Assembly: GCF_011386835.1 (NCBI RefSeq)
Contig: NC_088807.1
Span: 26,288,001-26,352,000 of the forward strand
Reading direction: 5' to 3'
Length of the DNA: 64,000 nt
Source: Chrysemys picta bellii
Taxonomy: Eukaryota
The notes beneath the pieces were generated by a model. The model ran no database searches and had not been told where the DNA came from. It saw only the letters and a list, made by a program, of their open reading frames with translations. Both the position numbers and the translations under genes were made by a program. Shown piece by piece: positions 50,402 to 61,621 of the stretch; positions within the stretch are counted from its first letter, which is position 1, and each line of letters opens with the position of its first letter.

Positions 50402-53400
50402 GGGGTAGCTGCGTTGTAGTTCATGGTGGGTGTTACAGGGTATTTGCATTGTAGTTCACAGTGGGTGGGTGGGTGGCTGTTACCGGATAGTTGCATTGTA
50501 GTTCATGGTGGGTGGGTGTTACGGGGTAGTTGCGTTGTATTTCATGGTGGGTGTTACAGGGTAGTTGCATTGTAGTTCATGGTGGGTGGGTGGGTGTTAC
50601 GGGGTGGTTGCGTTGTAGTTCATGGTGGGTGTTACGGGGTAGTTGCATTGTAGTTTATGCCCTGTGTGTGTGCGCCCGTTATGGGGTAGTTGCAGGCTCT
50701 GTATCTGTGTGTGACGGGGTAGTTACAGTCACTTGCTCCTGTTGTGTGCTGGAAGGGGCGGGGGTGCATTGTACCCAGGAGGGAGAATGGGGGGGGGCCC
50801 TGGGGCTTTGCCCCTCCCATGCACTGACACCCCCGTTTCCTCCCCAGCCCCTGAACAAGTCGGACTGGAACGCCCCCGAGCTCAGCTACCGGGTGCAGTG
50901 GCGGCGTCTGGGCGAGGGGGGGAGCTGGAGCGAGGAGACAGTCAGTGGCCCCCCCTTGCTGGTAACGAAGACCCCCACCTTTGTCCCCTACGAGATCAAG
51001 GTGCAGGCCGTGAACCCCGTCGGCAAAGGGCCCGAGCCCCCCACCGTGGTGGGGTACTCTGGAGAGGATGGTGAGTGGGGGAGGAAGGGTGAAGGAGCAG
51101 GGGGCAGAGAGCCCCTGGGTGGGGTTGGGGAATGGGGGGGAGGAAATGGGAGAACTGTGACCCCCAGCTTAGGGGGGGCCGTGGTGGGAAGGGACTGGGG
51201 GGAAGCTCTGAGCCCCCCCCACATTACACATGTGTTTGTTCCTCCCCCAGTGCCCAGGTGAACCCGAGAATGTGGGGGTGGAAATATTCAACAGCACCAG
51301 CGTCCTCGTCAGCTGGACCCTGCCCAACAGAGACCAGCTGCGGGGTCACCTCCGGGGGTTCAGGGTAATTGGGGGAGGGGCTGCGGGTCGGGAGTTGTGG
51401 GGTGCTCGGGGGGGCTGCAGGGTCGGGAGGGGGGGCACGGGGCACTTGGGGGTGCGGGTCGGGGGCGCTGCAGGTTGGGAGTGGGGGATGCTCGGGGGGC
51501 ATGGGGCAGTCAGGGGCACAGGATGGGAGGCGGTAGGGGGCTGTGGGTCAGGAGTGGGGGGCACGGGGCACGCGGGTGGAGTGGGTCAGGGTGCTGGCGG
51601 CCTGCGGGTTGGGAGTGGTGCGCATGGGACACTCGGGGGGTGCGGGTCGGGGGTGCTGGGGGGCTGCGGATTAGGAGTGGGGGGGCATGAGGAACTCGGG
51701 GGAGCAAGGGACACTCGGGGGTGTGGGTCGGGGGTGCTGGGGGGCTGCGGATTAGGAGTGGGGGGCGTGGGGAACTCGGGGGCGCATGGGACACTCGGGG
51801 GGTGCGGGTCGGGGGTGCTGGGGGGCTGCGGATTAGGAGTGGGGGGGCATGGGGAACTCGGGGGGCAAGGGACACTCGGGGGTGCGGGTCGGGGGTGTTG
51901 GGGGGCTGCGGATTAGGAGTGGGGGCGTGGGGAACTCGGGGGTGCATGGGACACTCGGGGGGTGCGGGTCGGGGGTGCTGGGGGGCTGTGGATTAGGAGT
52001 GGGGGGGTGTGGGGGAACTCGGGGGCGCGGGTCGGGGGTGCTGGGGGGCTGTGGATTAGGAGTGGGGGGGCGTGGGGAACTCGGGGGGCAAGGGGCACTT
52101 GGGGGGTGCAGGTCGGGGGTGCTGGGGGGCTGTGGATTAGGAGTGGGGGGCGTGGGGAACTCGGGGGCGCATGGACACTCGGGGTGCGGGTCGGGGGTGC
52201 TGGGGGGCTGCGGATTAGGAGTGGGGGGGCATGGGGAACTCGGGGAGGCAAGGGACACTCGGGGTGCGGGTCGGGGGTGCTGGGGGGCTGCGGATTAGGA
52301 GTGGGGGGCGTGGGAACTCGGGGGGGCAAGGGGCACTCGGGGGTGTGGGTCGGGGGTGCTGGGGGGCTGTGGATTAGGAGTGGGGGGCGTGGGGAACTCG
52401 GGGGGGCAAGGGGCACTCGGGGGTGTGGGTCGGGGGTGCTGGGGGGCTGTGGATTAGGAGTGGGGGGCGTGGGGAACTCGGGGGGGCAAGGGGCACTCGG
52501 GGGTGTGGGTCGGGGTGCTGGGGGGCTGTGGATTAGGAGTGGGGGGGCATGGGGAACTCGGGGAGGCAAGGGGACACTCGGGGTGTGGGTCGGGGGTGCT
52601 GGGGGGCTGTGGATTAGGAGTGGGGGGCGTGGGGAACTCGGGGGGTGTGGGTCAGGGGTGCTGGGGGGCTGTGGATTAGGAGTGGGGGGCGTGGGGAACT
52701 CGGGGGGGGCAAGGGGCACTCGGGGGTGTGGGTCGGGGGTGCTGGGGGGCTGCGGATTAGGAGTGGGGGGCGTGGGGAACTCAGGGGCGCATGGGACACT
52801 CGGGGTGCAGGTCGGGGGTGCTGGGGGGCTGTGGATTAGGAGTGGGGGGCGTGGGGAACTCGGGGGGGCAAGGGGCACTCGGGGGTGTGGGTCGGGGGTG
52901 CTGGGGGGCTGTGGATTAGGAGTGGGGGGGCGTGGGGAACTCGGGGGGGCAAGGGACACTCGGGGGTGTGGGTCGGGGTGCTGGGGGGCTGTGGATTAGG
53001 AGTGGGGGGCGTGGGGAACTCGGGGGGGCAAGGGGCACTCAGGGGTGCGGGTCAGGGGTGCTGGGGGGCTGTGGATTAGGAGTGGGGGGGCGTGGGGCAC
53101 TCGGGGGGGCAAGGGGAACTCGGGGTGCGGGTCGGGGGTGCTGGGGGGCTGTGGATTAGGAGTGGGGAGGCAAGGGGCACTCGGGGGTGTGGGTCGGGGG
53201 TGCTGGGGGGCTGTGGATTAGGAGTGGGGGCGTGGGGCACTCGGGGGGGCAAGGGGCACTCGGGGGGGCCTGCTGTCTGACCCTGTCCCCCCAGGTGTTT
53301 TACTGGCGGTTGGGCAGTGTGGGGGAGCGGAGCCGGCGGCAGGCCTGGGCCCAGACGCCCCCGCTGGTGCTGACTGGTGCTGACGGTGGCGGGGGAGGCG

Positions 53401-53521
53401 TCGCGGGCCAGGCTGGGGGGGCTACGCCCCTGGAGCTGGTACCGCCTCTACGTGGTTGTGTTTAACGGGCGCAGCGACGGGCCCCACAGCGAGGACATCG
53501 ACTTCAGCACCCCCGAGGGAG
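36617..53521 (+). CDS. L1CAM: L1 cell adhesion molecule, copy B: signal peptide, six Ig domains and FN3 repeats 1-3, 20 coding exons; frameshifted as assembled; 3' part missing
   Basis: Exons 36617-36698, 38514-38528, 38818-38923, 39030-39218, 39962-40084, 41593-41763, 42861-42972, 43095-43279, 43817-43948, 44293-44436, 44884-44995, 45167-45333, 45712-45871, 46258-46382, 46451-46552, 46978-47175, 47540-47610, 50848-51070, 51251(or 51258)-51364, 53295-53521. FN3 motifs [36 protein letters not shown] and [11 protein letters not shown] are present. Confidence 0.92.
36818..37946 (+). promoter_or_regulatory. RE1/NRSE tandem array, copy B (23 x 49 bp)
   Basis: By my count 15 of 23 units have a perfect TCAGCACCnnGGACAG core. 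The order of unit variants differs from copy A. Confidence 0.85.
40170..41500. repeat. About 70-bp VNTR in L1CAM intron 5, about 19 units in copy B
   Basis: Same unit as 25540-26100 but about 1.33 kb long. Confidence 0.92.
45885..46230. repeat. About 40-bp minisatellite in L1CAM intron 13 (GGGGGGACCCGGCTGGGGCACTGCTGGGGGAAGCTCGCAGCACT)
   Basis: About 8 tandem units. Confidence 0.85.
46660..46840. repeat. Short tandem repeat in L1CAM intron 15 (GTGGGAATTGGGGGACTGGGC...GGGGCAGTTCCCG)
   Basis: Three copies of about 52 bp. Confidence 0.8.
47859..48930. mobile_element. 1072-bp solo LTR (TGTGAC...GTCACA) with 5-bp target-site duplication CAGGG, in L1CAM intron 17
   Basis: CAGGG at 47854-47858 and 48931-48935, with perfect 6-bp terminal inverted repeats. 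It is AT-richer than the host and has a minus-strand AATAAA near 48232. It is not similar to the Gypsy LTR family elsewhere in the window. Confidence 0.88.
50354..50398. repeat. (TG)n microsatellite within a degenerate GTAGTTGCATTGTAGTTCATGGTGGG repeat (about 50330-50700)
   Basis: Pure TG run with flanking tandem units. Confidence 0.95.
51380..53270. repeat. About 1.9-kb G-rich minisatellite filling L1CAM intron 19 (about 75-80 bp unit containing GGATTAGGAGTGGGGGG)
   Basis: More than 20 tandem units. Confidence 0.95.
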
Positions 53522-53646
53522 GTGAGACCCCCTGAACCCCCAAAACCCACTGTGACCCCCAGCCCCCATTCCCCACTGAACCCCCAGCTCCCCTGACCCT
53601 CCAGAGCCCCACACACCCCTCAACAGCTCCCAGCCCCCAAGGACGG

Positions 53647-53954
53647 TGTCACGGGATGTGGGGGGGGGCCGGGCCCCTGTCGGGGGGGGGAGTCGGGGCC
53701 TGCACCCCACTTCCTGCGAGTCCCTGCAAAGGGTTATTCGCCGCCAGGGACACGGGGGAGCCAGAGCTTGTAGGGACAGAGACCAGGACCCCTCAGCTGG
53801 GTCCATCCTGGGGGTGGGGAGCCAGACCCTGGTTCTGGGCCTCCCCCCCCCCCCCCCCGTCTCCCCAGCCAGCTCCAATCTGACCCCCACCACCCCCCAG
53901 CCCCTCCTCCGGCCCCCCCAGCCCCTCCTCCGGCCTTTGTCCAGTGTCCTGGCC
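53647..53954 (-). mobile_element. Partial, GC-drifted LTR of the Gypsy LTR family, followed by the start of another element and the gap
   Basis: Starts TGTCACGGGA and shares GGCCTGCACCCCACTTCCTGCGAGTCCC and the following ~250 bp with 58468-58778. Confidence 0.7.
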
Positions 53955-54047
53955 TGACGGTGCTGCCCGTGGGAGCCGGGTGAGGTCACTGACTCAGGGT
54001 GAACTGCAAACAGACCGGGGCAGACAAACCCCAAACGCTGGTGGATC

Positions 54048-54547
54048 NNNNNNNNNNNNNNNNNNNNNNNNNNNNNNNNNNNNNNNNNNNNNNNNNNNNN
54101 NNNNNNNNNNNNNNNNNNNNNNNNNNNNNNNNNNNNNNNNNNNNNNNNNNNNNNNNNNNNNNNNNNNNNNNNNNNNNNNNNNNNNNNNNNNNNNNNNNNN
54201 NNNNNNNNNNNNNNNNNNNNNNNNNNNNNNNNNNNNNNNNNNNNNNNNNNNNNNNNNNNNNNNNNNNNNNNNNNNNNNNNNNNNNNNNNNNNNNNNNNNN
54301 NNNNNNNNNNNNNNNNNNNNNNNNNNNNNNNNNNNNNNNNNNNNNNNNNNNNNNNNNNNNNNNNNNNNNNNNNNNNNNNNNNNNNNNNNNNNNNNNNNNN
54401 NNNNNNNNNNNNNNNNNNNNNNNNNNNNNNNNNNNNNNNNNNNNNNNNNNNNNNNNNNNNNNNNNNNNNNNNNNNNNNNNNNNNNNNNNNNNNNNNNNNN
54501 NNNNNNNNNNNNNNNNNNNNNNNNNNNNNNNNNNNNNNNNNNNNNNN
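54048..54547. other. Assembly gap (500 N); expected to hide the L1CAM 3' exons and the first PDZD4 exon
   Basis: Run of exactly 500 N. L1CAM FN4-5, TM and cytoplasmic exons and the PDZD4 start are not seen in the window. Confidence 0.95.
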
Positions 54548-56832
54548 GAGGGGGGAGCTGGGGGCTGCGGGGGGGGGCTGCAGGGAGGGGGGAGCTGGGG
54601 GCTCCTGGGGGGGGGGAGCGGGGAGCTGGGGTCTGCGGGGAGGGGGGAGCTGGGGGCTGCGGGGGGGCTGCAGGGAGGGGGCGGGGCTGGGGGCTGCGGG
54701 GGGGGGCTGCAGGGAGGGGGGATCTGGGGGCTGCGGGGGGGCTGCAGGGAGGGGGGATCTGGGGGCTCCTGGGGGGGGTTGCGGGGAGCGGGGAGCTGGG
54801 GTCTGCGGGGAGGGGGGAGCTGGGGGGTGCAGGAAGGGGGCGGGGCAGGGGCTGCGGGCCGGGCTGGGGGGGGTCGCTGGGGGCTGCAGAGGGGCTGGGG
54901 GCAGGAAGTGGGGGCTGGGGGGGGCGCTAGGGCTGGGGAAGGGGCTGCAGGATGGGAGGGGGAGGGGCTGGGGGATGCCGCAGGGGGGAGGGGAGGGGAG
55001 GGGAGGGGAAGGGAGCAGGTACCAGTCTCAGGAAGGTTGCCTAGCAACCAACCTCCCCCCCATCACTGCTGGTTTTTGGGTCTGGGGGAATTAATAAATG
55101 ATGGGGGAGGGGCTGCGACTGCCCAGACTGGGACCCCCCCCATCCAGTCACCCTCCCCCAGCTCCATCTCATGCACCCCCATCACCCCCCCACCCCATCC
55201 CCCACCTCCCCATCTTCCCTCACCCCATCCCCCATCTCCCCCGTCCCCCATCTCCCCCACCCCCATCCCCCCGCCTCATCCATTCCCCCAGCCCCGCCGG
55301 CGCCCCTCACTCCCGACCCGCAGCCCCTGCCCACCGCTCAGGGCGGCCGGACTGGGTAGGGCCAATGGTCCGTCCAGCCCAGTGTCCTGTCGTCCGGTAC
55401 CAGAGCGAGCGACCAGACCAGGGCAAATATCGCCCGCCCCCCCGGCTGTCACCCCAGGGAGCCGTGGGGTCCGTCCAGTATCCTGTGGCAGGGAGTTCCC
55501 CAGGCCGGCCGGGCACTGTCCCTCTGCGGGGATGGGGGGTCGCGACCCCAAGTGGGGATTTCACAGCCCTGCAGCCGCCCCCCGCGCAAGCGTCACCCCA
55601 CCAGGCTGAACCTCCCCAGCCCCTGGGGTCCCCCACCCCCGGTGCCCCTGTTCCCGGCTCACCCCCTTTCCAAACCCCATAGCTTAGCCTGGGGCTGCTG
55701 CACCCCCTGCATTGAGCCAGGCCTGGGCACCCCTCGCTCCTGACCCGCAGCCCCCCCAGCCCCGCCGGCGCCCCTCCCTCCTGACCCGCAGCCCCCCCAG
55801 CCCCACCGGCGCCCCTCGCTCCCGACCCGCAGCCCCCCCAGCCCCACCGGCGCCCCTCGCTCCTGACCCGCAGCCCCCCCAGCCCCACCGGCGCCCCTCG
55901 CTCCCGACCCGCAGCCCCGCCGGCGCCCCTCGCTCCCGACCCGCAGCCCCCCCAGCCCCGCCGGCGCCCCTCGCTCCCGATCCGCAGCCCCCCCAGCCCC
56001 GCCGGCGCCCCTCGCTCCCGACCCGCAGCCCCCCCAGCCCCGCCGGCGCCCCTCGCTCCCGACCCGCAGCCCCCTGCCAGCCCAGCTCTGCTGGTGCCCC
56101 TCACTCCCGACCCGCAGCCCCCATAGCCCAGCCCCTGTGCCAAGTCGGGGGGTCGTTCCTGGGGGCTGAAGGGGGAAGATCCCGGGTGCGTATGGTGCAG
56201 GATTAGCTTAGAATTCAAAGCCCCATCTCACTGCAGCAGGCCAGGGAAAGGGGGACGGGCGGTGTGAGAGGGATATCTGGGTGCAGTTAATTGTGGGTGG
56301 ACTGGCAGGGGGGCTGCGGGTCGGGAGTGAGGGCGCCGGTGGGGCTGGGGGGCAGGGCTGGGCTAGCAGGGGGCTGCAGGTCGGGAGTGAGGGGCACCGG
56401 CAGAGCTGGGGGGGGCTGGGCTGGGCTAGCAGGGGCTGCGGGTCAGGAGTGAGGGGCACTGGTAGAGCTGGTGGGGGCAGGGCTGGGCTAGCAGGGGCTG
56501 TGGGTCAGGAGTGAGGGGCACTGGTAGAGCTGGGGGGGGCAGGGCTGGGCTAGCAGGGGCTGTGGGTCTGGAGTGAGGGGCACCGGCGGGGCTGGGGGCC
56601 TCAGGGGGGGGATGGTTCCCCACACACACTCCCTGCTCCTGTATCAATCCTCCTAGTTTCCATGGGAACGGTTGCTGCAGAAACGAAAGGATGGAGAGGA
56701 TCCGATGGGGGGAGTCGGGGGACACCCCAGGGCGGGGGAAGGGGAAGGGGGTGTCCGCGCTGAGGGGCGGGGGAGGGGGAGCGGTGTCCATCCGGGGGGC
56801 TCTGGGGGGCTCTCACGCCTGCCCCCCCCCAG

Positions 56833-58440
56833 GTGAACGGGAAGCAGCTCTCCAGGCTGTCCCAGGAGCAGACGCTGGAAGCCCTTCGCTGCTCCAAGGA
56901 GCCGCTGGTCATCCAGGTTCTGCGGCGCAGCCCCCGGGCGCGGGGCGGGGGGGAGGGGGCCGCCCCCCCCGGGGACCCCGCCACCCTGGTGGACAGCGGG
57001 ACGCAGACGGACATCACCTTCGAGCACCTGCTGGCGCTGGGCCGGCGGCGCCCCCCCAGCCCCCCCGCCGGGACCCTGGAGACCTTCGGGATCCCCGAGC
57101 TGTGAGTGACCCCAGCAACGCCCCTCACTCCCGACCCGCAGCCCCTGCCCTCCCCAAGCCCTGCCCCCCCCAGCCCTGCCGGTGCCCCTCACTCCCGACC
57201 CGCAGCCCCTGCCATCCCGGCCCTGCCCCACAGCCCTGCCGGTGCCCCTCACTCCCGACCCGCAGCCCCTGCCCTCCCCAAGCCCTGCCGGCGCCCCTCA
57301 CTCCCGACCCGCAGCCCCTGCCCTCCCCAAGCCCTGCCGGCGCCCCTCACTCCCGACCCGCAGCCCCTGCCCTCCCCAAGCCCTGCCGGCGCCCCTCACT
57401 CCCGACTCGCAGCCCCTGCCATCCCCAAGCCCTGCCGGTGCCCCTCACTCCCGACCCGCAGCCCCTGCCATCCCGGCCCTGCCCCACAGCCCTGCCGGTG
57501 CCCCTCACTCCCGACCCGCAGCCCCTGCCCCCCCCAGCCCTCCCGGTGCTCCTCACTCCCAACTCGCAGCCCCTGCCCTCCCCAAGCCCTGCCCCCCCCC
57601 AGCCCTGCCGGCGCCCCTCACTCCCGACCCGCAGCCCCTGCCAGCCCGGCCCTGCCCCCCGCCCCCAGCTCTGCTGGTGCCCCTCACTCCCCACCCACAG
57701 CCCCTGCTAGCCCAACCCCCCTAATCTGTATTCTCTTCCACCAAAGCCCCCCCTTTGGGCATGAATACTATGACCCTGTGGAGTTCATGGAAGGGGGCCC
57801 CCCAGAGACAGAGCGGGCAGAGGAACTCGAGTATGAGGTGAGCAGGGGGGGCTGGGAGCCCGAACTCCTGGGGTCTCTCCCGGCTCTGGGAGGGGAGTGG
57901 GGGCTGGAGGTTAGAGCAGGGGGGCTGGGAGCCAGGACTCCTGGGTTCTCTCCCCGGTTCTGGAAGGGGAGTGGGGGCTGGTGGTTAGAGCAGGGGGGCT
58001 GGGAGCCAGGACTCCTGGGTTCTCTCCCTGGCTCTGGGAGGGGAGTGGGGGCTGGTGGTTAGAGCAGGGGGGCTGGGAGCCAGGACTCCTGGGTTCTCTC
58101 CTGGCTCTGGGAGTGGAGTGGGGCTGGTGGGTTAGAGTAGGGGGGGCTGGGTGCCAGGACTCCTGGGTTCTCTCCCGGCTCTGGGAGGGGAGTGGGGGCT
58201 GGTGGGTTAGAGCGGGGGGGGGCTGGGTGCCAGGACTCCTGGGTTCTCTCCCCAGCTCTGGGAGGGGGCAGGGGCTGGGGGGGTACAACGGGGGGGAACT
58301 GGGGGTTCCATTTGGGATCTGACCCCCCCGTGTCCCCCCAGGAGGTGGAATTGTACAAATCGAGCCACCGGGACAAGCTGGGGCTGACGGTTTGTTACCG
58401 GACGGACGACGAGGACGACGTGGGAATCTATGTTGGAGAG
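56833..58440 (+). CDS. PDZD4: PDZ domain-containing protein 4, three internal exons (56833-57101, 57747-57837, 58342-58440)
   Basis: [34 protein letters not shown]...[31 protein letters not shown]...ELEYE and [33 protein letters not shown] are PDZRN-family sequence. GT-AG phases are consistent and the gene is syntenic with L1CAM. Confidence 0.9.
57110..57715. repeat. CCCCTCACTCCCGACCCGCAGCCCC minisatellite array in a PDZD4 intron
   Basis: Reverse-orientation array of the dispersed family. Confidence 0.9.
57840..58265 (+). repeat. SINE-head-like minisatellite, 6 units of about 74 bp, in a PDZD4 intron
   Basis: Same unit as SSR4 intron 3. Confidence 0.9.
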
Positions 58441-58467
58441 GTGGGGGGGGCTGTGGGGGGAGGGGTG

Positions 58468-58778
58468 TGTCATGGGGTATGGGGGGGCCAGGCCTGCACC
58501 CCACTTCCTGCGAGTCCCAGCAAAGGGTTATTCGCTGCCGGGAACACGGGGGAGCCAGAGCTCGTAGGGACAGAGACCAGGACCCCTCAGCCGGGTCCAT
58601 CCTGGGGGTGGGGAGCCCAGACCCCGGTTCTGCCCCCCCCGTCTCCCCAGCCAGCTCCAATCTGACCCCCACCACCCCCCAGCCCCTCCTCCAGCCCCCC
58701 CAGCCCTTCCTCCGGCCTTTTTCCAGTGTCCTGGGCAGAAGGGGTCACCTGGCCCCAGTCCCCTCCCCGCTCAGGTTT
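58468..58778 (-). mobile_element. Partial solo LTR interrupted by the young CR1
   Basis: Starts TGTCATGGGG and is closely similar to 53647-53954. Homology to the LTR family stops where the CR1 3' end begins. Confidence 0.72.
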
Positions 58779-58779
58779 T

Positions 58780-61149
58780 CATAGATTCTAGGACTGGAAG
58801 GGACCTCGAGAGGTCATCGAGTCCAGTCCCCTGCCCGCATGGCAGGACCAAATACTGTCTAGACCATCCCTGATAGACATTTATCTAACCTACTCTTAAA
58901 TATCTCCAGAGATGGAGATTCCACAACCTCCCTAGGCAATTTATTCCAGTGTTTAACCACCCTGACAGTTAGGAACTTTTTCCTAATGTCCAACCTAGAC
59001 CTCCCTTGCTGCAGTTTAAACCCATTGCTTCTGGTTCTATCCTTAGAGGCTAAGGTGAACAAGTTTTCTCCCTCCTCCTTATGACACCCTTTTAGATACC
59101 TGAAAACTGCTATCATGTCCCCTCTCAGTCTTCTCTTTTCCAAACTAAACAAACCCAGTTCTTTCAGCCTTCCTTCATAGGTCATGTTCTCAAGACCTTT
59201 AATCATTCTTGTTGCTCTTCTCTGGACCCTTTCCAATTTCTCCACATCTTTTTTAAAATGCGGCGCCCAGAACTGGACACAATACTCCAGCTGAGGCCTA
59301 ACCAGAGCAGAGTAGAGCGGAAGAATGACTTCTCGTGTCTTGCTCACAACACACCTGTTAATGCATCCCAGAATCATGTTTGCTTTTTTTGCAACAGCAT
59401 CACACTGTTGACTCATATTTAGCTTGTGGTCCACTATAACCCCTAGATCCCTTTCTGCCGTACTCCTTCCTAGACAGTCTCTTCCCATTCTGTATGTGTG
59501 AAACTGATTTTTCCTTCCTAAGTGGAGCACTTTGCATTTATCTTTGTTAAACTTCATCCTGTTTACCTCAGACCATTTCTCCAATTTGTCCAGATCATTT
59601 TGAATTATGACCCTGTCCTCCAAAGTAGTTGCAATCCCTCCCAGTTTGGTATCATCCGCAAACTTAATAAGCGTACTTTCTATGCCAATATCTAAGTCGT
59701 TGATGAAGATATTGAACAGCGCCAGTCCCAAAACAGACCCCCGCGGTACCCCACTCGTTATGGCTTTCCAGCAGGATTGGGAACCATTAATAACAACTCT
59801 CTGAGTACGGTTATCCAGCCAGTTATGCACCCACCTTATAGTAGCCCCATCTAAATTGTATTTGCCTAGTTTATCGATAAGAATATCATGCGAGACTGTA
59901 TCAAATGCCTTACTAAAGTCTAGGAATACCACATCCACCGCTTCACCCTTATCCACAAGGCTCGTTATCCTATCAAAGAAAGCTATCAGATTGGTTTGAC
60001 ACGATTTGTTCTTCACAAATCCATGCTGGCTGTTCCCTATCACCTTACCACTTTCCAAGTGTTTGCAGATGATTTCCTTAATTACTTGCTCCATTATCTT
60101 CCCTGGCACAGAAGTTAAACTAACTGGTCTGTAGTTTCCTGGGTTGTTTTTATTTCCCTTTTTATAGATGGGCACTATATTTGCCCTTTTCCAGTCTTCT
60201 GGAATCTCTCCCGTCTCCCATGACTTTCCAAAGATAATAGCTAGAGGCTCAGATACCTCCTCTATTAGCTCCTTGAGTATTCTAGGATGCATTTCATCAG
60301 GCCCGGGTGACTTGCAGGCATCTAACTTTTCTAAGTGATTTTTAACTTGTTCTTTTTTTATTTTATCTGCTAAACCTACCCCCTTCCCATTAGCATTCAC
60401 TATGTTAGGCATTGCTTCAGACTTCTCGGTGAAGACCGAAACAAAGAAGTCATTAAGCATCTCCGCCATTTCCAAGTTTCCTGTTACTGTTTCTCCCTCT
60501 TCACTAAGCAGTGGGCCTACCCTGTCTTTGGTCTTCCTCTTGCTTCTAATGTATTGATAAAAAGTCTTCTTGTTTCCCTTTATTCCCGTAGCTAGTTTGA
60601 GCTCATTTTGTGCCTTTGCCTTTCTAATCTTGCCCCTGCATTCCTGTGTTGTTTGCCTATATTCCTCCTTTGTAATCTGTCCCAGTTTCCATTTTTTATA
60701 TGACTCCTTTTTATTTTTTAGATCATGCAAGATCTCGTGGTTAAGCCAAGGTGGTCTTTTGCCACATTTTCTATCTTTCCTAACCAGCGGAATAGCTTGC
60801 TTTTGGGCCCTTAATAGTGTCCCTTTGAAAAACTGCCAACTCTCCTCCGTTGTTTTTCCCCTCAGGCTTGATTCCCATGGGACCTTACCTATCAGCTCTC
60901 TGAGCTTCCCAAAATCTGCCTTCCTGAAATCCATTGTCTCTATTTTGCTGTTCTCCCTTCTACCCTTCGTTAGAATTGCAAACTCTATGATTTCATGATC
61001 ACTTTCACCCAGGCTGCCTTCTACTTTCACATTCTCAACGAGTTCCTCCCTATTTGTTAAAATCAAGTCTAGAACAGCTTCCCCCCTAGTAGCTTTTTCA
61101 ACCTCCTGAAATAAGAAGTTGTCTCCAATGCAGTCCAGGAATTTGTTGG
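58780..61149 (-). mobile_element. Young CR1 LINE: end of the endonuclease, complete RT domain and 3' UTR; 5' part cut off by the Gypsy insertion
   Basis: Uninterrupted ORF 61066-58859 (735 aa, open further up to 61149) with [29 protein letters not shown] and KFADDTKL. The 3' end reads CTTCCAGTCCTAGAATCTATGA. Confidence 0.97.
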
Positions 61150-61621
61150 TGTCACGGAGTATTGGGGAACTCAGGGCCCTGCACCCCCGGCTTCCTGCGA
61201 TTCACCATGACTCTCAGCCAGCCAGTAAAGCAGAAGGTTTATTTGGATGACAGGAATACAGTCCAAGACAGGTCTTGCAGGCACAGACAACAGGGCCCCC
61301 CTCAGTTAGGTCCAGCTTGGGGTCCCAGGGCATGCCAGCCCACCCCCTTGGGGGGTCAGAGCCATCTCTGCCTCCCAGCCATCTCTCCAGCCTCCTTCCA
61401 GCCTGCTTCCAGCACTCTGCCCTCAGCGACCCCTCCCACAGCCTTTGTTCAGTTTCCCGGGCCCCGGAGTCATCTGACCTCCAACCCCCTCCTGGGTTCT
61501 CATGTTACAAGCTCAGGTATGTTCCCTTGGGCCGGCTCCCATCCCCCGATGCAGACCATCCTAGTCACACTCCCCTGTCAGCATTCACACACCCCAGCAA
61601 GAACAGTCCCAGTTCGTCACA
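61150..61621 (-). mobile_element. 3' LTR (472 bp, TG...CA) of the Gypsy element
   Basis: Minus strand starts TGTGACGAAC directly after the polypurine tract AAGGGGGGAGAGA (61634-61622), contains AATAAA and ends CTCCGTGACA. Confidence 0.92.

Noticed and set aside
51397-53280. Long Gly-rich and Pro-rich ORFs across minisatellites (also 511-999, 10692-11616, 17620-21269, 55712-58062 and many others)
   Set aside because: They are stop-poor readings of GC-rich tandem repeats inside introns, with no domain signal or splice-consistent structure.
53503-53520. TTCAGCACC half-site in L1CAM exon 20 as another RE1
   Set aside because: The right half GGACAG is missing, and the bases are explained by codons for FST.
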